DNA of 64,000 nucleotides from assembly GCA_025361725.1 (NCBI GenBank), contig JANYJV010000081.1, positions 5,963 to 69,962 of the forward strand, given 5' to 3'. The stretch is from Acidimicrobiia bacterium. GTDB taxonomy: Bacteria > Actinomycetota > Acidimicrobiia > IMCC26256 > JAENVU01. A program made the position numbers and the translations under genes. Of this stretch, positions 27,304 to 37,114 are shown piece after piece (positions within the stretch are counted from its first letter, which is position 1; every line of letters begins with the position of its first letter). The notes under the pieces are model-generated. The model was not told the origin of the DNA. It saw nothing but the letters and a program-made list of their open reading frames with translations, and ran no database searches.

Positions 27304-28539
27304 ATGACCAGCAACTCGTCACCAACGACAGACGGCTCGCGACGTATCGAATACGCCGGCAGCGTGCACGATGAACGCGAGGTCGAAGCCGTCGTCGCGG
27401 TGCTGCGCGGCGGCCCGCAAGCATTGCGCATCGGGAAGTCGGTGCGCGCGTTCGAGCGTGCGATCGCGGAGCTGTTCGGGAAGCGGCGCGGGATCATGTG
27501 CAACTCCGGTTCGTCGGCGCTCTACCTCGCCGTCGAGCTGCTCGATCTCACGCCGGGTGATGAGGTGATCACCCCGGCCCTCACGTTCTCGACGGATATC
27601 GCTCCGCTGGTCCGGGCCGGCCTCGTGCCGGTCTTCGTCGACGTCGAGCCGGACACGTACAACATCGACGTCGAGGCCATCGAGGCCATGGTCGGACCGC
27701 GAACCAAGGCGATCTTGGTGCCGAATCTGATCGGGAATGTCCCGGACTGGGATCGGATCCGGTCGATCGCGGATGCGCACGATCTCCTCGTGGTCGAGGA
27801 TTCCTGCGATGCGCTCGGCTCTACGCTGCGTGGAACGCCCACGGGCATGCGCTCGGACATTTCGGTCACGTCGTTCGCGCTGTCGCACATCATCACGGGC
27901 GCGGGGACCGGCGGCATGGTGTGCGTCGACGACGAGGCGATTGCGGACCGCTGCCTGTTGCTGCGCCGCTGGGGCCGACGGTCCGAGGTGCAGATCTACG
28001 GGTCGACCAAGGGGGTCGATCGTCGGTTCTTCTCCACCATCGACGGTGACCTCGAGTACGACAACCTCTTCATCTTCGACGAAGTGGGGTGGAACTTCGA
28101 ACCGTCGGAACTCTCGGCGGCGTTCGGACTCGTGCAAGTGGACAAACTCACCGACAATCTCGTCGCCCGGAAACGCAACTTTGCTCATCTGGTGGAGCGC
28201 TTCGCGCAACGGCCCGATGTGTTCGTCCTCCCGCGCACGACCGACGGCGTCGACACCGCTTGGCACATGTTCCCGGTGCTCATCCGGTCCGAGTCGGGCG
28301 TCGAGCGTGGAGCCTTTCAATCGCACATGGAAGCCAACGGGATCGACACCCGCATGGTCTGGACCGGCAACGCGCTCCGCCAGCCTGCGTTCCGAACCAT
28401 GACGCACCGGCAACCGGCCGACGGTCTTCCCAATACCGACGCCGTGATGGAACGGGGTCTGATCCTGCCGTCCAATCACAGCCTGAGCGAGGACGACATC
28501 GAGTACATCTGGACGACGGCCGCCGCGTTCTTACCGTGA
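27304..28539 (+). CDS. DegT/DnrJ/EryC1/StrS-family enzyme, RfbH/ColD-like (His replaces the PLP-binding Lys)
   Basis: Motifs NSGSSALYLA, EDSCDALG and SFALSHIITGAGTGG are present, with His where aminotransferases have Lys. Its length is close to RfbH. ATG 27304 is chosen inside track ORF 27226..28539. Confidence 0.8.
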   Translation: MTSNSSPTTDGSRRIEYAGSVHDEREVEAVVAVLRGGPQALRIGKSVRAFERAIAELFGKRRGIMCNSGSSALYLAVELLDLTPGDEVITPALTFSTDIAPLVRAGLVPVFVDVEPDTYNIDVEAIEAMVGPRTKAILVPNLIGNVPDWDRIRSIADAHDLLVVEDSCDALGSTLRGTPTGMRSDISVTSFALSHIITGAGTGGMVCVDDEAIADRCLLLRRWGRRSEVQIYGSTKGVDRRFFSTIDGDLEYDNLFIFDEVGWNFEPSELSAAFGLVQVDKLTDNLVARKRNFAHLVERFAQRPDVFVLPRTTDGVDTAWHMFPVLIRSESGVERGAFQSHMEANGIDTRMVWTGNALRQPAFRTMTHRQPADGLPNTDAVMERGLILPSNHSLSEDDIEYIWTTAAAFLP

Positions 28540-28549
28540 ATGCAACCGC

Positions 28550-28574
28550 ACCGGGCGGGTGATCCTCGCCCGGT
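28550..28574. terminator. Hairpin ACCGGGCG-(9 nt)-CGCCCGGT between convergent genes
   Basis: It has a perfect 8-bp stem and lies 11 nt after the stop at 28539. Confidence 0.45.
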
Positions 28575-28627
28575 CAGGAGCCATCGGTCAGGAGTCGTTG
28601 GTCAGGTGCGGTCGGTCGGGAGTTCGC
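28572..28627. repeat. Four tandem 14-nt degenerate repeats (GGTCAGGAG-N5)
   Basis: The units are GGTCAGGAGCCATC / GGTCAGGAGTCGTT / GGTCAGGTGCGGTC / GGTCGGGAGTTCGC, starting at 28572, 28586, 28600 and 28614. The last two overlap the 3' end of the STAS gene. Confidence 0.6.
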
Positions 28628-28913
28628 CCCAGTGGAACTGGTCGCTGAGACCGGCCCGTCGCAGGATCCGCGTCACCATTGGTGACGGAGCGACCACGAG
28701 GTTCACCGCTCGGACCTCCGCGATCTTCCGAGCGCGGATCAGCGCGGAGACTGCGTGTGAGTCGAAGAACGTCACCCCGGTCAGGTCGAGGTACACCGTG
28801 GATCCCGGGTCCCGAATGAGTCCGACCAGCTCGGAGAAGAACGCTTTCGCCGTCGCCACATCGAGTTCGCCATCCACGACGAACACCGGGTCCGGGGTCT
28901 CCATCTCATTCAT
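28602..28913 (-). CDS. STAS-domain protein (anti-sigma-factor antagonist-like)
   Basis: Internal ATG (MNEMETPDPVFVVDGELDVATAKAFFSELV...LDLTGVTFFDSHAVSALIRA). The upstream part of track ORF 28602..29150 is Arg/Gly-rich shadow sequence of menE. Confidence 0.7.
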   Translation of the reverse strand: MNEMETPDPVFVVDGELDVATAKAFFSELVGLIRDPGSTVYLDLTGVTFFDSHAVSALIRARKIAEVRAVNLVVAPSPMVTRILRRAGLSDQFHWGELPTDRT

Positions 28914-28963
28914 CTCTACCCGCCGCGGTGCCTGGGAAAACCCCTGGTTTCGGGATCGGCCAG

Positions 28964-30133
28964 TCAGCGGAGCAGTCGGCGGAGGATCTTGCCCGACGGC
29001 GTACGCGGAATCGTCGCGACCAACCGGAGCGCCCGAGGGAGTTCGGCGCCACGCAGTCCCGCGTCCACGCCGGCCGACCGCAGGTCTGCGAGTGACGGCG
29101 GGTCGGAGGCGTCGACCGGCACGATGCACGCCACCACCCGTTCGCCCCACTCCGGGTCGGGTTCGCCGACGACAGCCATCTCGCCGACCCCCGGAACGGC
29201 GGCGTACGCCGACTCGATCGCGGTCGGGCTCACGTTCACGCCTCCGGTGATGATCAAATCCTTCAGCCGGTCGACGAGCTCGAGCAGACCGTGCTCGTCG
29301 CGCCGACCGACGTCACCGGTGCGCAGCCAATCACCGCGCCAGGACTCCTCTGCGCGCATCGAGCCGTTGCGGTACCCGCGCATGACGACCGGACCCCGCA
29401 CGAGGACCTCGCTCGAGCTCGGCGCGAAGTCGATCTCAACCCGGTCGAGTTCGTGACCGTCGTGCACACACCCGCCACCGGTCTCAGTGAGTCCGTACGT
29501 GGTGACGACGTGCACCCCGGCTTCGGTCGCTCGGGCGCGCAGGGCCGGCGGAATCGGTGCACCCCCGAGCAGCACGCGCCGGAACCGCGCGGCCGCGGCC
29601 GCGTCGGCGTCGAGCAGTCTCGCCAAGGTGGTGGGCACGAGCGACACCAGTGAGCACTCCCCCGCGGCGGCTGCCACTGCCGCCGGATCGAAGCGCGGCT
29701 GCACCGCGAGGGGAGTGCCGGTGGTGTGGGCTCGAGCGACGATCGCGAGTCCGGCGACCGAGGTGAGCGGTAAGCAGGCGAGCCAGCGGTCACGCGCCGG
29801 GTCGACGTCGAGCGCGTGGTGGACGGCCGCGGCCGACGCGGCCAGGCCGGCGGTGGTGAGCTCGACGAATCGGGGTTCGCCGGTGGTGCCGGACGTGGCG
29901 ACCACGGCCCCGACCGATGGGTCGACCGGCCGACCTTCCGGTCTCGCGTGGCGCCCACTCCCGTCGATCAGGTCGGTGGGACCCACCGCCATGATGAGCT
30001 CGCCGAGCCGAGGATGCTCAGGGTCGAAGACGACGACCGCACCGTCGCGATCCCAGACCTGGCGGACGGCGTCGGCCGCGTTCGGGGGAGCCAGGACCAC
30101 GGCCACGAGGTGCGACTCGTCGGGTCCGGACAT
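28964..30133 (-). CDS. menE: o-Succinylbenzoate-CoA ligase (short actinobacterial MenE type)
   Basis: Adenylate-forming motifs are [26 protein letters not shown] and [11 protein letters not shown]. It sits in men-gene context. Confidence 0.75.
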   Translation of the reverse strand: MSGPDESHLVAVVLAPPNAADAVRQVWDRDGAVVVFDPEHPRLGELIMAVGPTDLIDGSGRHARPEGRPVDPSVGAVVATSGTTGEPRFVELTTAGLAASAAAVHHALDVDPARDRWLACLPLTSVAGLAIVARAHTTGTPLAVQPRFDPAAVAAAAGECSLVSLVPTTLARLLDADAAAAARFRRVLLGGAPIPPALRARATEAGVHVVTTYGLTETGGGCVHDGHELDRVEIDFAPSSSEVLVRGPVVMRGYRNGSMRAEESWRGDWLRTGDVGRRDEHGLLELVDRLKDLIITGGVNVSPTAIESAYAAVPGVGEMAVVGEPDPEWGERVVACIVPVDASDPPSLADLRSAGVDAGLRGAELPRALRLVATIPRTPSGKILRRLLR

Positions 30134-30183
30134 GGCTCGCTAGCGTAACGATTGGAGTGATCACTCCCAGAGTTGGAGGAACA

Positions 30184-31026
30184 GTGACCACGAATCCCAT
30201 TCGCCCCGGAGCCGACTGGAAGGCCTCGGAGCAGGACTTCGCCGACATCCGTTACGAGGTGGCGGGTGGCATTGCAAAGCTCACGATTTGCCGACCCGAA
30301 GTGCGCAATGCCTTCCGGCCCCAGACACTTTTCGAACTGCGCGACGCCTTCGAGATCGCGCGTGACGATCCCACGATCGGTGTCATTGTGCTCACTGGTG
30401 AGGGTCCCGATGCCTTTTGCTCCGGCGGGGACCAACGGGTGCGCGGCGACGACGGGTACGTCGGCCAGGACGGCATCGGGCGGCTGAACGTCCTCGATCT
30501 GCAGATCCAGATCCGCCGGCTCCCCAAGCCGGTCATCGCGATGGTCGCCGGGTACGCGATCGGCGGCGGCCATGTCCTGCACGTGGTCTGTGACCTCACG
30601 ATCGCCGCCGACAACGCGCGATTTGGTCAGACCGGCCCGAAGGTCGGTTCCTTCGACGGCGGCTACGGGTCAGGTCTGCTCGCGCGCTCGGTCGGCCAGA
30701 AGAAGGCCCGCGAGATTTGGATGCTGTGTCGCCAGTACGACGCGGAAGCGGCGCTGGAGATGGGACTCGTCAACACGGTTGTGCCGCTGGCGGCGCTGGA
30801 AGAAGAGACGGTGAAATGGTGTGACGAGATGCTCGGGATGAGCCCGCTCGCACTCCGGATGATTAAGGCGTCCATGAATGCGGCCGACGACGGGCTTGCC
30901 GGAATCCAACAGCTGGCCGGTGACGCGACGCTCTTGTATTACATGTCCGAGGAGGCGCAGGAGGGCAAGCGCGCCTACCTCGAACGCCGCACTCCGGACT
31001 TCGACCAGTTCCCCAAGCGCCCGTGA
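30184..31026 (+). CDS. menB: 1,4-Dihydroxy-2-naphthoyl-CoA synthase
   Basis: Motifs [48 protein letters not shown] and [12 protein letters not shown] are present. GTG 30184 is preceded by GGAGGA. The track start is GTG 30157. Confidence 0.9.
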   Translation: MTTNPIRPGADWKASEQDFADIRYEVAGGIAKLTICRPEVRNAFRPQTLFELRDAFEIARDDPTIGVIVLTGEGPDAFCSGGDQRVRGDDGYVGQDGIGRLNVLDLQIQIRRLPKPVIAMVAGYAIGGGHVLHVVCDLTIAADNARFGQTGPKVGSFDGGYGSGLLARSVGQKKAREIWMLCRQYDAEAALEMGLVNTVVPLAALEEETVKWCDEMLGMSPLALRMIKASMNAADDGLAGIQQLAGDATLLYYMSEEAQEGKRAYLERRTPDFDQFPKRP

Positions 31027-31069
31027 CCTCGGGCCGCCAAGGCGGGAGCGGTGTCCGGCACCAACGCGC

Positions 31070-31939
31070 ATGACGACGGCGTCGGAGTGGTTGGCCGGCG
31101 CGCGGCCGCGCACCCTCGGACTCGCAATCGCGCCCGTGGTGCTCGGGACCGCAGCCGCGACCACGAACGCATCGTTCCGGCCCGAGCGCGCGGTGCTTGC
31201 GCTCCTCGTCGCGATCGCATTGCAGGTTGGAGTGAACTACTCCAACGACTACGCCGACGGCATTCGAGGCACCGATGCGGACCGACGCGGACCGATGCGG
31301 CTGACGGCCACGGGAACCGCAGCTCCCGCCGCGGTGCGCCGTGCCGCGGTCATCGCGCTCGGCCTCGGTGCAGTCTTCGGCGCCGTGCTCGCGATCATGG
31401 TGGATCTGCGGCTACTGCTGCTCGGCGTCGCGGCCATCGCCGCGGCGTGGGGCTACACCGGCGGTCGGCACCCCTACGGATACGCGGGGTGGGGTGAGGT
31501 CGCGGTCCTCGCGTTCTTCGGGTTCGCCGCGTGCGCAGGTTCGGCGTACGTGCAGCACGCCACGGTACCAGCGACGGCGTGGTGGGGTTCGCTCGTGGTC
31601 GGACTCCCCGCGTGCGCCGTGCTCCTCGTGAACAACATCCGTGACGCCGATGGCGACGCCGTCGCGGGAAAGCGCACGCTCGCGGTCCGGTTCGGACGGC
31701 CGCTCGCGAAACGGCTCTTCGTCGGCTGCTTCGTGGGTTCGTTGGTGTCAGTGGTGCTGATCGCGACCTCGGTGCCGGCCGCGGCGATCGGACTGCTCGC
31801 GGGGATCTTCGCCGTGGGTCCGGTGCGGTTGGTACTCAAACGGTCCGATCCACCAGGACTCGTCGCAGCTTTGGTGGCCACGGTTCGATTCACGATCGTG
31901 GTCTCGCTGTTGACGACGATCGGCCTCGTGATCGGATGA
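31070..31939 (+). CDS. menA: 1,4-Dihydroxy-2-naphthoate polyprenyltransferase
   Basis: Internal ATG (MTTASEWLAGARPRTL). UbiA-family motifs are NYSNDYADGIRGTD and NNIRDADGD. About 8 TM helices are present. Confidence 0.85.
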   Translation: MTTASEWLAGARPRTLGLAIAPVVLGTAAATTNASFRPERAVLALLVAIALQVGVNYSNDYADGIRGTDADRRGPMRLTATGTAAPAAVRRAAVIALGLGAVFGAVLAIMVDLRLLLLGVAAIAAAWGYTGGRHPYGYAGWGEVAVLAFFGFAACAGSAYVQHATVPATAWWGSLVVGLPACAVLLVNNIRDADGDAVAGKRTLAVRFGRPLAKRLFVGCFVGSLVSVVLIATSVPAAAIGLLAGIFAVGPVRLVLKRSDPPGLVAALVATVRFTIVVSLLTTIGLVIG

Positions 31940-32799
31940 CGGTCGAGCACTGGCTCCGCATCGGTGGTCGCAACGTGCTGCTCGTCGAAGGCCCGGCGGG
32001 GTGGGGGGAGTGCTCGCCCTTGCCCCGGTATCCGTGCACGGTCGACGCGGCGCGCGCGGCTGCGGAGGAAGCGGCCACGCAGGGTTGGCCTGCGCCGGTT
32101 CGATCGGTGGTTCCTGTCAACGGGCTGGTGCCCGCCGCCGCTTCGCTGGACGACGAGCACGCGTGCGCGGCGTGGCTCGGGTATCCGTCGGTGAAGGTGA
32201 AGGTCGGTCGCGGGACCCCCGACGAGGATGTGAATCGCGTTGCCCGGGTGCGCGATCTCATCGGGCCGACGGTCGGGCTGCGCGTGGACGCGAACGGTGC
32301 GTGGGACGTGGAGACTGCGGTGGCGACCCTGACGCGCCTGGCGCGCTATGACCTCGAGTTCGCAGAACAACCGGTGGCGAGCCTCGGTGACCTGCGAGCG
32401 GTGCGGCGCGACGTCGCGATGCCGATTGCCGCTGACGAGTGTGTGCGGAGCGTGGCGGACGCCCAACGGCTGCGCGCGACGGACGCCGCCGATGTCTTGG
32501 TCCTCAAGGTCCAACCGCTGGGCGGAGTGCGCGCCGCGTTGGCGATCGCCGACGCTGCGGGCGTCCCGGCCGTCGTGAGTTCGATGTACGAGACCTCGAT
32601 CGGACTCGCGGCGGGGTTGGCGCTGGCGGCCGCGTTGCCGGCCCTACCGTTCGCGTGCGGGTTGGCCACACTCGCCGAGATCGCCGGTGACGTGACCGCG
32701 ACCCCGCTCCAACCACGCCACGGTGTCCTGACCATCGACGCGGCGTTTCCGCCCCCGCCGTCGTCCGAACTCCTCGCGCGTTACGCCGTGGCCGCGTGA
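31936..32799 (+). CDS. menC: o-Succinylbenzoate synthase (enolase superfamily, short form)
   Basis: Motifs SVKVKVG, LRVDANGAW, EFAEQP, IAADE and VLKVQPLGG are present. It has an ATGA overlap with menA. Confidence 0.8.
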   Translation: MTVEHWLRIGGRNVLLVEGPAGWGECSPLPRYPCTVDAARAAAEEAATQGWPAPVRSVVPVNGLVPAAASLDDEHACAAWLGYPSVKVKVGRGTPDEDVNRVARVRDLIGPTVGLRVDANGAWDVETAVATLTRLARYDLEFAEQPVASLGDLRAVRRDVAMPIAADECVRSVADAQRLRATDAADVLVLKVQPLGGVRAALAIADAAGVPAVVSSMYETSIGLAAGLALAAALPALPFACGLATLAEIAGDVTATPLQPRHGVLTIDAAFPPPPSSELLARYAVAA

Positions 32800-33482
32800 A
32801 CGCGGGCGATCACCGTGCTCAGCGCCGCGGGTTGTTCGAGGGGCAGGGCGTGACCACCGTCGAGTTCGATCAACGCGGCGTGGGGAATCCGGGCCGCCAT
32901 GGCGCGGCCGATCTCGACGTACCGGGTATCGGCCCGACCGACCACGACCGTCGTCGGCATCGTCAGTTCCGCGAGTCGTTCGCCGAGCGGGTCCATCGCC
33001 CCTTGGCCGAGGGCCGTCATCTGGTGAGCCAGGCGCGTCGCGTCCATCGTGGCGGCCCGCGCGTCGATCATCGCGTCGTCGCGCGGAAGCGTTGCAAACA
33101 ACGGTTGGGTGAGCCAGTCTTCGAGAAACGCGCGAACCCCCAACGTGTGGATCTGCTCGGCGCGAACCCGGTCCTGCTCGGCGCGCGCGGCGCGTACCTC
33201 CGAGTCGTCGAAACCCGGCGCTGCGCTCACGAGCACCAAGGCGCGCACGAGATCAGGCCGGTCGACGGCGAGCCGCAACGCCAGACGACCACCCATCGAG
33301 TACCCGACGTAGATCGCCGGCCCGGCGAGAGTGCCGAGCGCGTCGGCCGTGGCTGCGAAGTCCAAGCCGTCCGGTACTTCGAGCGCCAACGATTCGTGGG
33401 CGATCGGAGCGGGCAGTGCATCGATGACCGGCCTCCACGCCGAAGCTGGTTGCGAGAAGCCGGGGATCAGAGCGATTCGCAC
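32781..33482 (-). CDS. menH: Alpha/beta hydrolase, probable SHCHC synthase
   Basis: Contains a GYSMGG nucleophile elbow. It lies between menC and menD. The function is inferred mainly from context. Confidence 0.65.
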   Translation of the reverse strand: MRIALIPGFSQPASAWRPVIDALPAPIAHESLALEVPDGLDFAATADALGTLAGPAIYVGYSMGGRLALRLAVDRPDLVRALVLVSAAPGFDDSEVRAARAEQDRVRAEQIHTLGVRAFLEDWLTQPLFATLPRDDAMIDARAATMDATRLAHQMTALGQGAMDPLGERLAELTMPTTVVVGRADTRYVEIGRAMAARIPHAALIELDGGHALPLEQPAALSTVIARVHAATA

Positions 33483-33496
33483 CGGAGGATGTTGTC

Positions 33497-35221
33497 ATGA
33501 GTCGTGATGTCAACACGTCGTTCGCTCGGGTGTTGGTCGACGAATGGGTACGGGGCGGCGTGACGAACGCCGTGATCGCGCCAGGTTCGCGTTCGGCGCC
33601 GATCGCGTTGGCACTCGCCGCCAACGCGCGGATTGCCGTGCACGTGATCCTGGACGAGCGGTCCGCCGCCTTCGTCGCGCTGGGATTGGGCCGGGCGACC
33701 GGGCGGCCGGCCGTCGTCCTGACCACCTCGGGCACCGCGGCCGCGAACCTGCATCCGGCGATCCTCGAGGCCCACCACGGACGCGTGCCGCTGATCGCGT
33801 GCACGGCGGACCGGCCGCCCGAACTCCGCGACACCGGTGCGCCGCAGACGATCGATCAGGTCCGGCTCTTCGGCACCGCGGTGCGATGGTTCGTCGATGC
33901 CGAGGTGCCGGCCGATCGCCTCGACGCGGGACCTGCGTGGCGCGCCCTCGGGGCGCGTTCGGTGGCCGAAGCGATCGGGTCGACGCCCGGACCGGTCCAT
34001 CTGAATCTGCCGCTGCGTGAGCCGTTGGTCCCCACGGGCGAACCCTTCGTCGGCGCGCCCGGCCGCGCGGACGGACGACCGTGGACCGAGTTCTCGGAGC
34101 CCCCACGCAGACTCCTCGATTCATCCGAGATCGACGAGCTCGCGACGCGCGTGCTCGCCGAACCACGCGGCCTCGTCATCTGTGGGTGGGGCAGCAGGGT
34201 CAGCACCGAGACCGTGCACCGGTTCGCTCGGGCGTCGGGGTGGCCGATCATCGCGGATCCGCTTTCTGGTGTCAGCGGAGACGAGTGCGTGAGCGCATAC
34301 GAGGCCCTCGCCCGTACCGAACGATTTACGAGCAGTCACGCGCCGCGGGTCGCTTGGCGGGTCGGTGCACCGCTCACGAGTACGACGTTCGCCCGCTGGC
34401 TGGACACTGCAGGGACCGAGATCACGATCGTCGAAAGGGGTCTCGGGCGGTGCGACCCGTCCCATTCCGCGGTGGCGGTCATCGACGCTGACGCCGACGA
34501 CCTCCTGATCGCAATCGCCGCTCGCCTCGAAGCCCTCGCTCCCGATCGTGACCGTTCGTGGGCCGACGAGTGGACGACCGCGGATGCGCGTGCGTTGAAG
34601 GCGATCGACACCGCGCTCGACGGGTGGCCCGAGTGCTCGGAGCCTCGAACCGCGCGCGACCTGATGGCGCAGCTGCCGGCCGACGCGACGCTGGTGGTGG
34701 CATCGAGCATGCCAATCCGCGAGGTGGAGTGGTTCGGCCGACCGGGGTCACGTTGGGTCATCGCGAACCGAGGCGTCAACGGTATCGACGGCTTCGTCTC
34801 GACCGTCTTGGGTGTCGCACTCGGCACCGTCGGACCGGTGGTCGCACTGACCGGAGACCTGAGCTTTCTGCACGATGCCGGTGGTCTGCTCGCGGCCAAG
34901 GGAACCAGCGTTGACGTGGTCTTCGTGGTCGTGGACAACCGCGGCGGAGGGATCTTCTCGTTCCTGCCCCAGGCCAACCACCCCGAGCACTTCGAGACGC
35001 TGTTCGGCACGCCCCCGACCGTCGACATCGGTGTTCTTGCCGCGGCCCACGGCTTTTCGGTGCGGTCGGTGGGCACGCCACCCGAACTCGCGGGCGCGCT
35101 CGTTGCCGCGATGGCGGAACCCGGACCGTCCGTGGTGCTCGTGGTGACGGATCGGGCGCGCAACGTGGAACACCACCGTGCGGTGTGGGACGCGGTGGCG
35201 TCAGCGTTCAGCGACGGGTGA
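33497..35221 (+). CDS. menD: SEPHCHC synthase (2-succinyl-5-enolpyruvyl-6-hydroxy-3-cyclohexene-1-carboxylate synthase), ThDP-dependent
   Basis: Motifs APGSRSAPIALA, DERSAAFVALG, TSGTAAANLHPA, ADRPPELR and the ThDP motif GDLSFLHD...NRGGGIF are present. Confidence 0.9.
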   Translation: MSRDVNTSFARVLVDEWVRGGVTNAVIAPGSRSAPIALALAANARIAVHVILDERSAAFVALGLGRATGRPAVVLTTSGTAAANLHPAILEAHHGRVPLIACTADRPPELRDTGAPQTIDQVRLFGTAVRWFVDAEVPADRLDAGPAWRALGARSVAEAIGSTPGPVHLNLPLREPLVPTGEPFVGAPGRADGRPWTEFSEPPRRLLDSSEIDELATRVLAEPRGLVICGWGSRVSTETVHRFARASGWPIIADPLSGVSGDECVSAYEALARTERFTSSHAPRVAWRVGAPLTSTTFARWLDTAGTEITIVERGLGRCDPSHSAVAVIDADADDLLIAIAARLEALAPDRDRSWADEWTTADARALKAIDTALDGWPECSEPRTARDLMAQLPADATLVVASSMPIREVEWFGRPGSRWVIANRGVNGIDGFVSTVLGVALGTVGPVVALTGDLSFLHDAGGLLAAKGTSVDVVFVVVDNRGGGIFSFLPQANHPEHFETLFGTPPTVDIGVLAAAHGFSVRSVGTPPELAGALVAAMAEPGPSVVLVVTDRARNVEHHRAVWDAVASAFSDG

Positions 35222-36431
35222 GTGCGCGCAGCACCGGAGTGAGTTTCGCGTCGATCTCGTCCCATTCGGCCCGCGGATCGCTCCCGGACACGATCCCGGC
35301 GCCGGCGCGTACCAGAGCGGTTGTGCCGTCGATTTCTGCGGAGCGCAACGCGACTGCGATCTCCCCGTCGCCCCGTGCGTCTACCCAACCCACGGGCCCG
35401 GCGAATCGGCCGCGACCATGGGGTTCGGCGCGCGCGATGTACTCGAGCGCCCGTGGCGTGGGAGTACCGCCGACGGCGGGTGTCGGATGCAGTGCGAGTG
35501 CGAGTCCGAGCGCGCCGGGCGTGTCCATTCCCGCGCGAGCGCGCACAGTGGTGGCGATGTGGGCGACGTCGGCGAGTCGGAGGGCAACGGGCAGACCGAC
35601 GTCGAGGTCGGAGCACAGCGCACCCAGCGTCGCTGCCAGCGCGTTCACGACGATCGCGTGTTCGCGTTGTTGTTTGCCGGACTGCATCAGCGCTTCGATT
35701 GCGTGTTCTTCGGCCGGCCACGGAACGGTCCCGGCGAGGGGGCGAGCGAGTACCTCCGGGCCGGCCCGACTCACCAGGAGTTCGGGCGAGGCACCGACGC
35801 TGCCGGCATGGGCGAACAGGTAACGACCCGGCTCGCGGGCCTGGAGACGACCGAGCAGCCAGCGAGGATCGATGGCCCGTGCGGCCTCGACCTGCACCGT
35901 GCGCGCGAGCACCACCTTCGTGACCTCACCAGCGCCGATAGCGGCCAGCACGGATTCCACCGCGTGAACCCAGCGTTCGTGCGACGTGAGGCACCGGGTA
36001 CGAGTGGTTCCCGGACTCGTCATCGGCGCGGTGGCGCGGGCGGGCGGTGCCGACGGCGCGTCCCTCCGACCGATCTCGGTGCGCCAACTCGTGCCATCAG
36101 CCGCGCGGCCTTCGACCCATGCGGGAATGGTCACGGTGGCAGTAGCGACCCCGAGGAACGGCAGGCTGCCCACGGCGATGGCTCCGCTGCCGGGGCGATG
36201 AACGTCGTCGTGGACCTCGATGTCGCGCAGGCGCGCCTCGGCGTCGCACGCCGGGACTTCCGCGGTCACCCCGCCGGCGACGAAGCCGGATCCGTCTCGG
36301 AGCCACGTGAATCCGTCGGGATCCGCGCGGTCGAGCAACTCGCCGTGGAGTGGGACGAGGACCGTCCGCGCCACGAGATTTTGGTGGGACGTGCTCGTGC
36401 TGGTCACCATCGGGGTGGTTGGGTCCGTCAT
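35208..36431 (-). CDS. menF: Isochorismate synthase
   Basis: The chorismate-binding C-terminus reads LHPTPAVGGTP, RGRFAGPVGW, IAVALRSA and AGAGIVSGSDP. It has an ATGA overlap with menG. Confidence 0.85.
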   Translation of the reverse strand: MTDPTTPMVTSTSTSHQNLVARTVLVPLHGELLDRADPDGFTWLRDGSGFVAGGVTAEVPACDAEARLRDIEVHDDVHRPGSGAIAVGSLPFLGVATATVTIPAWVEGRAADGTSWRTEIGRRDAPSAPPARATAPMTSPGTTRTRCLTSHERWVHAVESVLAAIGAGEVTKVVLARTVQVEAARAIDPRWLLGRLQAREPGRYLFAHAGSVGASPELLVSRAGPEVLARPLAGTVPWPAEEHAIEALMQSGKQQREHAIVVNALAATLGALCSDLDVGLPVALRLADVAHIATTVRARAGMDTPGALGLALALHPTPAVGGTPTPRALEYIARAEPHGRGRFAGPVGWVDARGDGEIAVALRSAEIDGTTALVRAGAGIVSGSDPRAEWDEIDAKLTPVLRALTRR

Positions 36432-37114
36432 GGGCGCCGGCCCGTGATCAGTTGCACCGCGCCGCCAGTGAACGTGCGCCGTCGCACGTCGACGAGTCCG
36501 GCATCGGTGAAGAGGTCCACGATGGCGCTCGGATCCGGGAGATACGCCGTGGAAGCCGGCAGGTAGCGGTACGCGGCGCCGTCGCCGAGGAGACCGCCGA
36601 TGCGGGGCACGGCGTGGCGGAACCAGATCGAGTGGCCGATGCGCGTCAAAGCCCCGGTGGGCTCAGCGGCATCGAGGAGCGAGACCCGTCCGCCGGGACG
36701 AAGGACTCGAACGCACTCACGTGCGAACGCAGGGAGATCGGTGAAGTTGCGGAGCGCGAACCCGCACGTGATGCCGTCGGCGGTGACGTCGGGCAGCGGG
36801 AGTTGCAGTGCATCGGCGAGCACCAGCGGTGCGACGACGCGCGCGTGTTCGAGCATCCCCGGCGAGAGATCGAATCCGACCGGGCGACACCCGGCCGCGC
36901 CGAGCTCACGACACAGGTCGCCGGTGCCGCACGCGAGATCCAACACTCGATCGCCCGGACGTGCGGCCAATGCCTCGATTGCGTGTCGACGCCACCGCCG
37001 GTCCTGGCCCAAAGAGATCAGCCGGTTGAGTCGGTCGTAGCTCGGCGCGACCCGATCGAACATCGCCGTGACGGTGGCCCGCTTCTCGTCGCCGGTGGGT
37101 AATGGGGTCGTCAT
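36428..37114 (-). CDS. menG: Demethylmenaquinone methyltransferase (UbiE/MenG)
   Basis: Motifs MFDRVAPSYDRLNRLISLGQDRRWR, VLDLACGTGD, FALRNF and LRPGGRV are present. Confidence 0.85.
   Translation of the reverse strand: MTTPLPTGDEKRATVTAMFDRVAPSYDRLNRLISLGQDRRWRRHAIEALAARPGDRVLDLACGTGDLCRELGAAGCRPVGFDLSPGMLEHARVVAPLVLADALQLPLPDVTADGITCGFALRNFTDLPAFARECVRVLRPGGRVSLLDAAEPTGALTRIGHSIWFRHAVPRIGGLLGDGAAYRYLPASTAYLPDPSAIVDLFTDAGLVDVRRRTFTGGAVQLITGRRP

Noticed and set aside
32781-32799. The 19-nt overlap of the convergent menC and menH 3' ends as a sign of mis-annotation or frameshift.
   Set aside because: Both reading frames are uninterrupted and both proteins look complete. Short convergent overlaps are common in compact GC-rich genomes.
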